DNA of 64,000 nt from Candidatus Latescibacterota bacterium (GCA_965222605.1 OZ244960.1:2688001-2752000), one strand, 5' to 3'; counted from the first letter of the stretch, positions 28,867-39,127 are shown. Numbers and translations are program-made. The notes: generated by a model not told the origin, from the sequence alone.

Positions 28867-30969
28867 TCATTTTAATCCGTCAATTCTTGTCTCAATATTC
28901 TTACAGATATCCGCCGCGACCTCAAGGACTTCCACAGGCGCGCGAACCTCCTCGCCAGCACGCTGTAGCAGGGCAACGATGAGGGGTACCAACGCGTCCA
29001 ATTTCTCCTTGTCGCTCGACAGGATCTCGACAAGGTCGCACTCCGAGGCACCATGCGCGATCAACTCAGGCACAATTTCTTGCATCTCGCGCATGGTTAC
29101 TTCGTTGTTGAGTGGAAATGCGGCATACGCAGAGCGAAATGCTTCCAGGGCACCCCGACTTTTTTTTTGGACCATCAGTACCAAAGCTCGCACACACCTT
29201 GCACGCCATGTAAACTCAATTTCTTTGTTGTCGGTCAAGGCACCAAGCCTTCGTTCAAGCTCTTCACAGGTATGTAGAGCTTCTTTTGCATGGCTCATCT
29301 TGATTTGTGTCATACCTTTGTCGAACAACGCCCAAGCGGTCAGATACTGGAGATTGGGTGCATCGCTGTCACCAAAGCGTACGACCACTTCATCATAAGA
29401 CGTTACCGCAGACGCGAACTCGCCGAGTTCCCCGTGCGCTAATGCCTTGTAAGTAAATGCCAGAGCGATTAATGGCTCTGGCACTCGAGACCAATTTGCG
29501 CTCCGATCAGTAAAAGCTTGCCCCAAAGTCTCGATAACCTTCTCGAATGCCCCCTCTTTTAACGCTGTAGTAATCTCTTCGAACAGTCGTTCGACGTTCT
29601 CATTGTCGATTGACGCAGCGAGGTTAGATGCCTGGTCAGTGCTTGGCCGCACTATGTTAGAGAATACACTACCGACTTGAGGTTGTTTTGCGATTGCTCG
29701 TTCAATACCCTCGCGAATCACCGGCAATCGCGCCGCTTCCGAAATCAGTCTGTCGGACATCTCTGCCAGTTCCGCTTCGCTATAGAACACTGCCATAAAG
29801 TGGATTAGATTTGCTACAACCGCCGCCTCGTCGCGCTCACGCCGTAGCTTGTAGTAGATGCTGTAGAGACGTTCCGCGGCAACGTACAGCCGTTTTCTAC
29901 CAGTCCCCTCCACGATGACCGCACCCCGGTTGACGAGGCGGCCGAGCAGGGTTGATACGGTTCGAATGTCCTTGCGCGCGCGTGCCGCGATCTCGCCCGC
30001 GTTCGACGGTTGCCAAAGGTCAACCAACGCGAGATACACGCGGCGTTCGACACTGGCCAGGACCTCCAGATGCCCGCGGAAATACTCAGTATGGTCGTCA
30101 ATCAGTGTCACCAGTTCTTCTATCAAATGGCCTAACGACCGGTGATTTGCAAACTGAGCAACCATAACCAAGAGGCGAGGATTGCCGCCGGTCAGAATCT
30201 CGAGCGGCCTGATATCACGATTGCTCACTTCGTCGCCACTGACTATCTGCCACAAACGACGGCAGTCCTCAGTAGTCAATGGTTCCAGATCGAGGCTTCG
30301 GAACTGCTCGAAGAACGGCTCCTCCGCGTCGTCCAGCCCTTTGAAACGACTCGTAGTGGTGGCAAGCAGCATGATCTGAGGCTCTGATTGCAACGCGCTG
30401 CGGAGTTGCCAGCCGAAATCGGCGTCCACGTTTTTGCAGAGGTCCTGTAGATTTTCGACCATGAGTACGAGTTTTTTGCCCAGCCGATCCGCTGCGTCCA
30501 GGACAGCAGCAAGGACGCGATCCGCGAGTTCCTTCTCGCGCCAGCGATCAGTCAGGTCGGCGTGTGTCTCTCGCAGCTCCCGTGCGAGCGCGGGATCGTG
30601 CCTGGCACTCTCGCGCGCAAGGTGGAACAAGGTTTCGAGCCAGAAATCGGCGATATTGAGTACCTCGTGACTCTCTTCCATAAACCGAACCGGCAAAAGA
30701 CACTCAGAGAGTTTGTCATCAATTTTCAAATCCACCGGAACCCGAAGGTTCAACTCCGCCGCAACCCGCGCGAGTAACATGGTCTTTCCCCGACCACGAG
30801 GCGCGACTACCAGAACGTGCTGACACGATGGTGAATCGATATTCCCGCGCAGGACCTCAAGCACTATATCGAATTCGCGTTTCCTGACCACGAACTGCTC
30901 AACCACCTCCTCGTCGGATTGGAGCGTCCCCGGATTGAACTTGCGAATTCGTTGATCGGACTTGTTCAT
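28867..30969 (-). CDS. STAND-like ATPase - winged HTH - TPR protein (paralogue A, 700 aa)
   Basis: Start MNKSDQRIRKFNPG by alignment with paralogue B; APRGRGKT, LVLMVEN, LTGGNPR; ATGA overlap with upstream ATPase. Confidence 0.85.
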   Translation of the reverse strand: MNKSDQRIRKFNPGTLQSDEEVVEQFVVRKREFDIVLEVLRGNIDSPSCQHVLVVAPRGRGKTMLLARVAAELNLRVPVDLKIDDKLSECLLPVRFMEESHEVLNIADFWLETLFHLARESARHDPALARELRETHADLTDRWREKELADRVLAAVLDAADRLGKKLVLMVENLQDLCKNVDADFGWQLRSALQSEPQIMLLATTTSRFKGLDDAEEPFFEQFRSLDLEPLTTEDCRRLWQIVSGDEVSNRDIRPLEILTGGNPRLLVMVAQFANHRSLGHLIEELVTLIDDHTEYFRGHLEVLASVERRVYLALVDLWQPSNAGEIAARARKDIRTVSTLLGRLVNRGAVIVEGTGRKRLYVAAERLYSIYYKLRRERDEAAVVANLIHFMAVFYSEAELAEMSDRLISEAARLPVIREGIERAIAKQPQVGSVFSNIVRPSTDQASNLAASIDNENVERLFEEITTALKEGAFEKVIETLGQAFTDRSANWSRVPEPLIALAFTYKALAHGELGEFASAVTSYDEVVVRFGDSDAPNLQYLTAWALFDKGMTQIKMSHAKEALHTCEELERRLGALTDNKEIEFTWRARCVRALVLMVQKKSRGALEAFRSAYAAFPLNNEVTMREMQEIVPELIAHGASECDLVEILSSDKEKLDALVPLIVALLQRAGEEVRAPVEVLEVAADICKNIETRIDGLK

Positions 30970-32216
30970 TGCGCGTCTCCCGGTGTTTCGTCGTCGGAAT
31001 GGCGGTTTTCGAGAGATATATAGTGATCGCTGAAACGCGCCGACCACCAGTCCTTCAGCAGACGCGATGGAAAGCGATGTCCCTCGTCGCTGACTTCGAG
31101 ATATCCGTCGTGCATCAGAATTTCAAGTGTATCTGCGATGCGCCCCTGTGCATCGTCAACCACCATGGCGTATAACCCTTCGAGGCAACGACGGGCTCCT
31201 GGCGTGAATACGTCCTGGGTAGCTGCCTCGGCGAGGATCTCCATGGCGATGGTGTGGTTCTCATCTTCCAACGCCTCCTTGAGGCGCGTCTCGTAGTGTA
31301 CAAGGTCGTTCTGTCCGGAAGGACCGAGAAGCCCCGTACGATAGACCTTCTCAACATCTTCCATCGTCACCCGGTCTCGTCCCTGCATGGTGGCATGGTC
31401 CCCCAAACGGGCAAAGAAGGACTGCACATGGTGAGGGATGCCAACACCGAGTGCGTCATACACTACGTTTACCACCCCGTCCTCAACCCGTAATTCGTAG
31501 CTCTCCGCGAGACTTTGGAAACACTCTACACTGGTGTCGCGGTCCCACGGTCCCAAACGAAAAGGTTCGAGATGATTGATGCGATCGGGTATGCCCAACC
31601 GATTTACGAAAGGCGTAAGCCCAATGCTACCAGATACGATGAGGACCAAAGAACCGTCTTCGATATCTTGAAGCACTCCGCGCAACCAGCTCAGAAACTC
31701 ATCAACCCGTTGGAATCCATCTTCATCGCGAAGCACACGCTTGAGGAATATCGGCAACTCGTCAATGACGAGGAGAACAGATTGCTTGCGCGCAGCACAA
31801 TGCCGAAGTAGCTCTTCTCCTTGGCGCCGCCAGTTCCCGGCATTCAGAATGGCCCGGAACTTCACGCTAACGTCGTATGCACCGATCTCCTCGACCCTGC
31901 CGAACAAGCGTTTCATGGCGGTACCGACACGCACGACACGCGATGTGATGGGACGAATGGGATGCACGGCCTGTGCGATGTCTGCGATTACGTCCTCAGC
32001 GCAAGTCGCTCCCTCGACATCAACAAAAAGAAATATCCATCCCTTAGTCTCAAGCCGTCGCCCGAGTTCCCGTGCAATACTGGTCTTCCCCATGCGCCGT
32101 TGACCAGTCAACAATATGTGGTTGCGGTCGCGGACGCGTGTCTCCAGTATCCGCAACTCACGCTCACGATTAAAAAAATTGTCGCCGCTTACCCAGCGGC
32201 CGGTCGATGAATTCAT
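30966..32216 (-). CDS. Small STAND-like/AAA ATPase without sensor repeats
   Basis: FFNREREL, GQRRMGKTS, LLVIDELP, VSGSIGL, GVGIP. Confidence 0.85.
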   Translation of the reverse strand: MNSSTGRWVSGDNFFNRERELRILETRVRDRNHILLTGQRRMGKTSIARELGRRLETKGWIFLFVDVEGATCAEDVIADIAQAVHPIRPITSRVVRVGTAMKRLFGRVEEIGAYDVSVKFRAILNAGNWRRQGEELLRHCAARKQSVLLVIDELPIFLKRVLRDEDGFQRVDEFLSWLRGVLQDIEDGSLVLIVSGSIGLTPFVNRLGIPDRINHLEPFRLGPWDRDTSVECFQSLAESYELRVEDGVVNVVYDALGVGIPHHVQSFFARLGDHATMQGRDRVTMEDVEKVYRTGLLGPSGQNDLVHYETRLKEALEDENHTIAMEILAEAATQDVFTPGARRCLEGLYAMVVDDAQGRIADTLEILMHDGYLEVSDEGHRFPSRLLKDWWSARFSDHYISLENRHSDDETPGDAQ

Positions 32217-32241
32217 TGCTCCTCGCTTTCTTTTTTCAATT

Positions 32242-32313
32242 CGACAGAATTGTCGTCAACAGAATTGTCGAAAAATATATCAAACAACAAAATTGTTGTC
32301 AACAGAATTGTCG
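32242..32313. promoter_or_regulatory. Four 14-bp palindromic operator-like boxes
   Basis: C(G/A)ACA(G/A)AATTGT(C/T)G at 32242, 32257, 32285, 32300. Confidence 0.75.
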
Positions 32314-32498
32314 AAAACCCAAAAAGCAATATAAATCGTTCTTTGTCATTGGTATATGACACGCAATACCGCGTATTGCCACTGCGTGAGCACTATGCAA
32401 AATCGGTCTTGATAAATTCGATTCTCAATATATCTTCATTGTATCTACTACCTAGAAGAGGAAAGATGTCGATCAGCTATAATCAATTGGAGACAATC

Positions 32499-32789
32499 AT
32501 GCTACCAGAAAACCGTATTCCGACGCATCCTGGGAAAATCCTTTTGGAAGAATTTCTGAAACCCTCAGGAATAACCCAGGTGGCGTTTGCCAAACACATT
32601 GAAGTGCCACTTCAAAGAGTTAACGAGATCATCCGTGGCAAGCGGGGCGTAACACCTGAAACAGCCTGGTTATTTTCTCAAGCACTGGGTACAACACCTG
32701 AATTATGGATGAATCTTCAACGGAATTACGATCTGGCTAAGACCCGACGACAAAAAAAGATCTCAAAACTTCAACTTGATCCGTTTTAA
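32499..32789 (+). CDS. higA: HigA-family antitoxin (no adjacent toxin)
   Basis: PTHPGKILLEEFLKP, RVNEIIRGKRGVTPETA, WMNLQ. Confidence 0.9.
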   Translation: MLPENRIPTHPGKILLEEFLKPSGITQVAFAKHIEVPLQRVNEIIRGKRGVTPETAWLFSQALGTTPELWMNLQRNYDLAKTRRQKKISKLQLDPF

Positions 32790-32980
32790 GGACTCGTATC
32801 GCATTCTCACCAAACAGAATAGAAATAGAAAACCACACAAAAAGCCCAACGGCCTCCTCTAAACCGTTGGGCTTTTCTTATTTTGGCCTCAATGAAACAG
32901 GTCAAATACGCTTGCCTATCGCCCCTGAAAATATATTTTGGGCGCGAGTCTCTTTTCAACAACGCACAGAAAGGTGCAGA

Positions 32981-34519
32981 ATGAAGCGTTTGTGTATCCT
33001 GCTTGTGGTCGTTGCAAGCTGTCTATGGACCTGGCTACCTCTGGCGCACGCATCACAATCCAGACCTCTCCCCGACTTTGACGGAAACGGCGTTGTGGAT
33101 CTTCCAGACTTTTTGCTATTTGTCGAACACTTCGGGACAAGTCGTGGTGATGAGACGTATGAAGACCGATTTGATCTGGATAGCGATGGCGCGATTGAAT
33201 TTTCTGATTTTCTGATCTTTGCCAGCAACTTTGGCAAAACAGTGCCCCAGACGGTGGACGCGATAATAAATTTGCCGCTACGCGCCATTCATGCTGCGGG
33301 GAATTGGGGAGATACTGGCTATGTTGTAGATAAATGGGAAGCCGCGGGGAGGGTCGGAGCACTCATACCTCTGGACTATATCGAATGGCTAAAGAGCCTG
33401 CATGTCAACTGGATCGGCCTTTCCATTGCGCTGCATTACAACGACAGCATGGATAGCACGGTCGAGCGCGTGTACTCATCAGATGTAGATATTCGCACTT
33501 TTTCAGATAAAGCACTCAGACAATTGATCCGGGAATTTAGAAATCACGGGATTGACGTATATCTGACCCTGGCATTCGAAGCCTATAAGGCTGAAACCGC
33601 CGCACGCCCGGTACGAAGGTGGCAACTCGGAGACCCGGCACCTGGCGGCGTTCCTCCTGATGATCCGAATGTCTTCGGATTGATATTGCCCCAATTCTGG
33701 CCCTGGCGTCCAGATCATCCGAATCACCGGCGTTTTGTCGCCGAGTTCTGGGCGACCTATACGCAACAGGCGGTACATTTTGCCAGAATTGCCGAGGACG
33801 AGGGGGTGCGTTTATACTCGTTGGGCACGGAGACTGACCGGCTCTTTCGCACGCGTTCAGGACGTTATATGACGAATGATTTTGGTCGAGAACTCAGATT
33901 AATGGTGGAAAGTGTGCGCGCCGTGTACAGTGGCCTGCTAACCTATGACATGCACTACGACGTACTCGTAGCATCCCACTTTTACGGACCGGGATCGGGA
34001 GCAGGTCATCTATGGGCAGATCTGGATCTCGACATCGTTGGAATCAGTGCGTGGTTTCCACTGACGGACTCGCGTCCATCAACGGTACTGAGCGTCGAAA
34101 GTTTCCAGGCGCGTTACAGGCAGATATTCCAAAACCAGCTTATTCCGCTTGCGAACACAAATCCCGACCGGCCCATTGTGTTTACCGAATACGGTGCTAT
34201 GGATGTGGTTGAAACATCCGAAAGACCAGGTGATACATCAGCGCAAAACCGGCGATTCGTATTTACCGACTCGAACCGCAATGGGCTGGATGACGGGCGA
34301 GAAACTCAGGCCAACATCTACGAGGCACTCATCAACACCATAGCTCAGTACCCCGGGATAGTAACTGGTGTCTTCTTTTGGGATAATTGGATAACCAGCG
34401 ACGAACTGTGGGCGGGATACTGGGCACGTCGCCGCAATTATGCCATCCGTCGCAAGCGGTCCGAGGAAATCGTGCGATCAGCTTATGCGTCCTATGCGGA
34501 ATCATCTCAGAGCGACTAA
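32981..34519 (+). CDS. Secreted protein: EF-hand/dockerin-like module plus GH113/GTA-type TIM-barrel glycoside hydrolase
   Basis: Signal peptide; PDFDGNGVVDLPDF / FDLDSDGAIEFSDF; LGTE, DIVGISAWFPL, IVFTEYG. Confidence 0.75.
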   Translation: MKRLCILLVVVASCLWTWLPLAHASQSRPLPDFDGNGVVDLPDFLLFVEHFGTSRGDETYEDRFDLDSDGAIEFSDFLIFASNFGKTVPQTVDAIINLPLRAIHAAGNWGDTGYVVDKWEAAGRVGALIPLDYIEWLKSLHVNWIGLSIALHYNDSMDSTVERVYSSDVDIRTFSDKALRQLIREFRNHGIDVYLTLAFEAYKAETAARPVRRWQLGDPAPGGVPPDDPNVFGLILPQFWPWRPDHPNHRRFVAEFWATYTQQAVHFARIAEDEGVRLYSLGTETDRLFRTRSGRYMTNDFGRELRLMVESVRAVYSGLLTYDMHYDVLVASHFYGPGSGAGHLWADLDLDIVGISAWFPLTDSRPSTVLSVESFQARYRQIFQNQLIPLANTNPDRPIVFTEYGAMDVVETSERPGDTSAQNRRFVFTDSNRNGLDDGRETQANIYEALINTIAQYPGIVTGVFFWDNWITSDELWAGYWARRRNYAIRRKRSEEIVRSAYASYAESSQSD

Positions 34520-34604
34520 AGATCTTAACAACGCAGAAGCCAAATCACCGCTTGACATTTTATTTTTAATTGCACACATTATGTGTACACTTTAAGGAGG
34601 AATT

Positions 34605-34850
34605 ATGAAAGCATCTATTCTCGACTTAAGACGACGCATGAAAGATGTCTTGCTCGCGCTTGACCGCAACGAATCCGTCACCATTTTTTATCGAGGCAAG
34701 GAAAAAGCCATCCTGTCTCCCACCCGACAGCGAACAGACAAATCTGTAAAAGACCATGAAGCTTTTGGGATGTGGCGGGACAGAAAAGATATGGCAGACG
34801 TCGATGCTTACGTCCGCAATTTGAGAAAAGGCCGCTTGAATGATTTTTGA
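34605..34850 (+). CDS. Phd/YefM-like antitoxin
   Basis: AAGGAGG SD; ASILDLRR...VTIFYRGKEKA; overlaps PIN gene; upstream palindrome TGCACACATTATGTGTACA. Confidence 0.8.
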   Translation: MKASILDLRRRMKDVLLALDRNESVTIFYRGKEKAILSPTRQRTDKSVKDHEAFGMWRDRKDMADVDAYVRNLRKGRLNDF

Positions 34851-35217
34851 TACCGATGTCATAATATGGGTTTTCAGAGGCCATGAAGGGGCTGCAAAAC
34901 TCGTTGAAAGTACCGATGATCGTCAGATATCAATTGTTACGTATATGGAATTTATCCAGGGTGCGAGAAATCGGCAGGAGTTAAAAACGATCAAGAATTT
35001 TCTCACTGAGCACGCCTTTCAGACCTTACCTCTCACTGAAAATATCGGACACAGAGCATCTGTATATATGGAAGAATATACCCTTGAGACAGCACTGTAT
35101 ATGGCAGATGCCTTGATTGCAGCAACAGCTATTGAAAATCATTTAACACTTTGTACAGCGAATAGAAAACACTACCGCCAAATCAACGAACTCAATCTAA
35201 AAATCTTTCGGCCCTGA
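34840..35217 (+). CDS. vapC: VapC (PIN) toxin
   Basis: IFDTDVII, TYMEF, DALIAATA, TANRKHY. Confidence 0.92.
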   Translation: MIFDTDVIIWVFRGHEGAAKLVESTDDRQISIVTYMEFIQGARNRQELKTIKNFLTEHAFQTLPLTENIGHRASVYMEEYTLETALYMADALIAATAIENHLTLCTANRKHYRQINELNLKIFRP

Positions 35218-35308
35218 CCCTGGTACTGGCGAGCCGTTTGGCGGTGTGGAGTTCCCCCGTTTTGGTGGAGTATTTAGGGCTTGGGTTCAAGCCTGTGATT
35301 GATGCAGT

Positions 35309-35508
35309 TTGCCTTTTCATCACTGGATAGAACCCTCCCGTGCGGGCTTCTGTAAATCCTAATCCGCCTTTAATCCGCGTTCATCCGCTCCATCCGCGTT
35401 CAACATCACTCTAAACGTCGTTCCCACGCCCTGCTCGCTCTCCACAGTAATCTCCCCATCGTGATTGCGAACAATGGCGTAAATAATCGACAACCCCAAA
35501 CCCGTGCC
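35309..35508 (-). pseudogene. Duplicated 3' end and downstream flank of the histidine-kinase gene
   Basis: Aligns with ~35891-36100 (encodes GTGLGLSIIYAIVRNHDG...GVGTTF). Confidence 0.85.
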
Positions 35509-35634
35509 ACGGTCAGCCTGCAAACCCATCTTTCCAAAAAACTACTTGCACAGATAGAAAAACGCCATACATTGAAGTTTGTTGAGTTGCTTTTTGAAAG
35601 TAAACTCCCATTACACACAACGGAAGAAAAGCCC

Positions 35635-35853
35635 ATGCAGATTCCGACACCACAAGACAAGTTCGCAGAATTTGACGCCCGTTTGTCCCGGATCGAGGGC
35701 ATTGTTGAGCAAATTGACAAGCGTTTGTCCAGTCTTGAAACGCGCATGGCAAATCTTGAGACTGGTCAGCGTTGGATTGTGGGGTTGCTCTTTACACTTC
35801 TCATTGCCAACGTCGGCGCGGCCATCACAATCGTTTTGACGCTTTCCAAATAA
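35635..35853 (+). CDS. Small coiled-coil protein with C-terminal TM helix
   Basis: 72 aa, heptad pattern then RWIVGLLFTLLI. Confidence 0.65.
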   Translation: MQIPTPQDKFAEFDARLSRIEGIVEQIDKRLSSLETRMANLETGQRWIVGLLFTLLIANVGAAITIVLTLSK

Positions 35854-35962
35854 TGGGAGATACCACTGCTTCTGTGTTCTCTGTGGTTCCTTGCCTTTTC
35901 ATCACTGGATAGAACCCCTCCAATGCAGACTCTATAAATCCTGATCCGCCTTTAATCTGCGT

Positions 35963-38900
35963 TCATCTGTGGTTGCTTTCGTCCACCACCGGCAACATCA
36001 CCTTAAACGTCGTTCCCACGCCCTGCTCGCTCTCCACGGCGATCTGTCCATCGTGATTGCGAACAATGGCATAAATAATCGACAAACCCAGACCCGTGCC
36101 CCGGTCGGCGTCCTTTGTCGTAAAAAAAGGCTCAAAAAGACGTTGTCGGATCGTTTCATCCATCCCAACCCCATTATCCTCCACCTCAATAACAACCGCA
36201 TCGTTCTCAGCGCGCGTTCTGATCTGGATCCGCTTGTCATAACCCGCCCCTTCCATCTCAGCGCGCTCATCCACTGTATCCCGGGCATTTGACAGCAAAT
36301 TGAGAACCACCTGCTCGAGCGGATGCGGATGCCCCCAGACCTTTGGGAGCGCGTCAGAAAGATCCACCGCGAGATCGATCCCGTGATACTCGAGCTGCGT
36401 ACCCATCAACTTCAGACTGCTCTCAATCACCTCATTCACATCCATCGCCTGGCGCGGCTCCTCGGACACATCGCGCGAAAACACGCGCAAGTGATCAACA
36501 GTACCCGCCATCCTATCGACCACACCCCGAACATCCTCCATCATCTCCCTCAACTCGTCTGTCTCAAGCGGCATACCCTCCATCAAACGCAGGCAAATAT
36601 CCCCAGCCGTTGTCTCGACAACTGTCAGCGGCTGGTTGAGTTCGTGCGCCACGCCCGCAGTCATCTGCCCCAGCGACACCAGACGCGCGGACTGCAAAAG
36701 CTGCGTCTCGTTAGCAGATGCAAGATCTTCATTTGCTTGCCGCAATCTCCGATCCCTCACAATAATCCGTGTGACCAGGTAGCCCGTGATGATCACAAAA
36801 CCCAGGATCAGCCCAATAAACCACGGGCGGCGCCACACCTGCGGAACAACGCTAAACGACTTCACAGCCGGTGTGGGATCTTCGTTAAACGCCAGATCGC
36901 GCGCCTTAACCTCAAACAGATGCGTCCCTACATCCAGATCCTCAAAAGATCGGATCATATTCCCGCCATACGGCGACCACTCCCCACCGTCCAAACGATG
37001 AGCGTATTGCAGATCTTCGCGCAATGTACTTCGCCAAAGGTCTTTCCCTGTCCAGGCGAAAGTTATCTTTCCGCCCTCAGAGACTTCATCCGGAGCAATG
37101 GTCATCAGGGCCTCAGGTGGATCGGTCTCTGGCACATATCGGATAGTACGCAGGGTATAAGGAGTTGCTACACGCTCAGGTTCTGATCGTCTGATCCAGG
37201 CACCTGTATCAGATACAAAATTGAGCCAGAATTTTCCATCTCCAGACTGAAGAATCGGATCATAAAACTCCGTGCGCGGGAGCTTACGAGGTAAGGCTTG
37301 CGGGAACCAGGTGCGCCCATCAAACCGGCTGACACCCTCTGCTGTCCCCACCCAGATCGCGCCATCCCGATCCTGGAAAATGCTGTGAACCTTATTACCC
37401 GCCAACCCGTCTCCATAATCGAACCGCTGCCAGGTCATCCCATCATACCGGGATATCCCATAAGCTCGGGACCCCAGATAGAGGTCTCCCTGTGGCGCGG
37501 TATAAACAACATCGACAAAGTCTTTGGTCAGTTCCCCCGGTCCAGTAAATTGCACCTCTCGCATCCCGTCAAAACCGAACAGTTGCCCGCCAAACCACAA
37601 GATCCCATCAGAACTCTGCCCGATCCCATAAGCATAACTCGTCATCCCCGGAGGAATGTGATGCGTCCAGCTTATCCCATCAAATACCACAACCCCGCCG
37701 AGAAAGCCATATAACCACCAATCCACCGCCGCGGCAAACCACAAAGTGCCATCGAACGCTTCGTAAACCGCACGCGGATCAATACTCCATGAAAGCTGGG
37801 GATGGCGTTCCATGACCCATTTAGAACCATCCAACCGCGCTGTAGCGGCGACATGCTCATGACTCCCCACAGCCCAAAGCGCGCCATTGCGAGTCACAAA
37901 AAGCTTACTCGGCATATCCATCAAGCCATCCGCCACGCCAAACCGCGTCCACCCCTGCCCATCATAACGCACAACACCGTTATCCTGTGCAATAAACCAC
38001 TGTACTCCATCCGGTGTATCACACTGAAAAATGAGACCCTCATAAGTCTGATAGTATCTCTCGGCCAGATCCAAACGCACGGCCTCCTCTCCCCTTCCCA
38101 TAATCCATAGCGCGCCATCCGCCGCCTCGTGAAGTTCCATGCGGTTCGAAGGCAAAGGTACAGTATCCTTCGGATCATAGATGCGCCACACACCGTCCCT
38201 ATGGACAATCAGACGACTACCGCCGATCCAGAGCGTCCCATCGCGGCTTTCTATGATCGAGGTATAATAGTGGACACGCCTGACATCACCAATTTCAAAA
38301 GCTTCCCACTTCTCGCCGTCAAACCGGTTGATGCTCTTGCTATTATCGCCATACACAACCCAAACAGCGCCGTCCCTTGTCACACAGATACTCGGATACA
38401 CGCCCTGATCTATCTCCCCATCAAAACGCTGATAAACATCTTCTGATGCGAATCGAATCAGATCGCCGTGGAGATCTCCAAACCAGATCGCTCCGTCGGG
38501 TGCTTCACACACATCATACACCATAAAACGCTGATCGGGCCTCCCGGGCAAAACGCGACCTGGAACCACAACAAAAGTCACAGCATAGGATACCATCTCC
38601 CGAATACCTGTTGTATCTTCCGCAGCCACATACAGCCTCGCCCCATCCGGCGTCAACCTGAGCGCACCCCATTCCGTACCCGCCCACAGACTCCCATCCT
38701 GTGCCTCCATCAAATCCCAGGTATTCCATTTATCCCCTTGTGAGGAAAATACCCGTTCCCATATCCCATTCTCGAATCGACTAATACCCCGCTCCGACCC
38801 CACATAAACACTTCCATCCCGAGCGACATAAAGCGTATTGATCCGCGTCCCAACCATCCCCTCATCAAACGGAAAGAGATGCCAACTCATCCCGTCATAG

Positions 38901-39115
38901 CGATAAATACCCTTATCCGTCCCAAATAAGAAATTACCATCCCCATCCTGCGCCAAACACGACAACCCCTGCCCCTTCAATTCCGGAAAAGATCGCCAGC
39001 GCCAGGACTCATGCACGGGATCCGGATGACGAGGTGTAAAAGGCGTCGCCGCAAAACACGCACTCGCGCCCATAAGTATCAGGAGAATCAGACATTTTGT
39101 ATATTGTTCGGTCAT
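35963..39115 (-). CDS. Sensor histidine kinase with periplasmic beta-propeller/Y_Y_Y region
   Basis: Signal peptide, QDxDG..W.GT propeller repeats, TM, AHELNQP, NLLSNA, DNGVG, FEPFFTTK, GTGLGL. Confidence 0.92.
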   Translation of the reverse strand: MTEQYTKCLILLILMGASACFAATPFTPRHPDPVHESWRWRSFPELKGQGLSCLAQDGDGNFLFGTDKGIYRYDGMSWHLFPFDEGMVGTRINTLYVARDGSVYVGSERGISRFENGIWERVFSSQGDKWNTWDLMEAQDGSLWAGTEWGALRLTPDGARLYVAAEDTTGIREMVSYAVTFVVVPGRVLPGRPDQRFMVYDVCEAPDGAIWFGDLHGDLIRFASEDVYQRFDGEIDQGVYPSICVTRDGAVWVVYGDNSKSINRFDGEKWEAFEIGDVRRVHYYTSIIESRDGTLWIGGSRLIVHRDGVWRIYDPKDTVPLPSNRMELHEAADGALWIMGRGEEAVRLDLAERYYQTYEGLIFQCDTPDGVQWFIAQDNGVVRYDGQGWTRFGVADGLMDMPSKLFVTRNGALWAVGSHEHVAATARLDGSKWVMERHPQLSWSIDPRAVYEAFDGTLWFAAAVDWWLYGFLGGVVVFDGISWTHHIPPGMTSYAYGIGQSSDGILWFGGQLFGFDGMREVQFTGPGELTKDFVDVVYTAPQGDLYLGSRAYGISRYDGMTWQRFDYGDGLAGNKVHSIFQDRDGAIWVGTAEGVSRFDGRTWFPQALPRKLPRTEFYDPILQSGDGKFWLNFVSDTGAWIRRSEPERVATPYTLRTIRYVPETDPPEALMTIAPDEVSEGGKITFAWTGKDLWRSTLREDLQYAHRLDGGEWSPYGGNMIRSFEDLDVGTHLFEVKARDLAFNEDPTPAVKSFSVVPQVWRRPWFIGLILGFVIITGYLVTRIIVRDRRLRQANEDLASANETQLLQSARLVSLGQMTAGVAHELNQPLTVVETTAGDICLRLMEGMPLETDELREMMEDVRGVVDRMAGTVDHLRVFSRDVSEEPRQAMDVNEVIESSLKLMGTQLEYHGIDLAVDLSDALPKVWGHPHPLEQVVLNLLSNARDTVDERAEMEGAGYDKRIQIRTRAENDAVVIEVEDNGVGMDETIRQRLFEPFFTTKDADRGTGLGLSIIYAIVRNHDGQIAVESEQGVGTTFKVMLPVVDESNHR

Positions 39116-39127
39116 TCTCAATCCATT

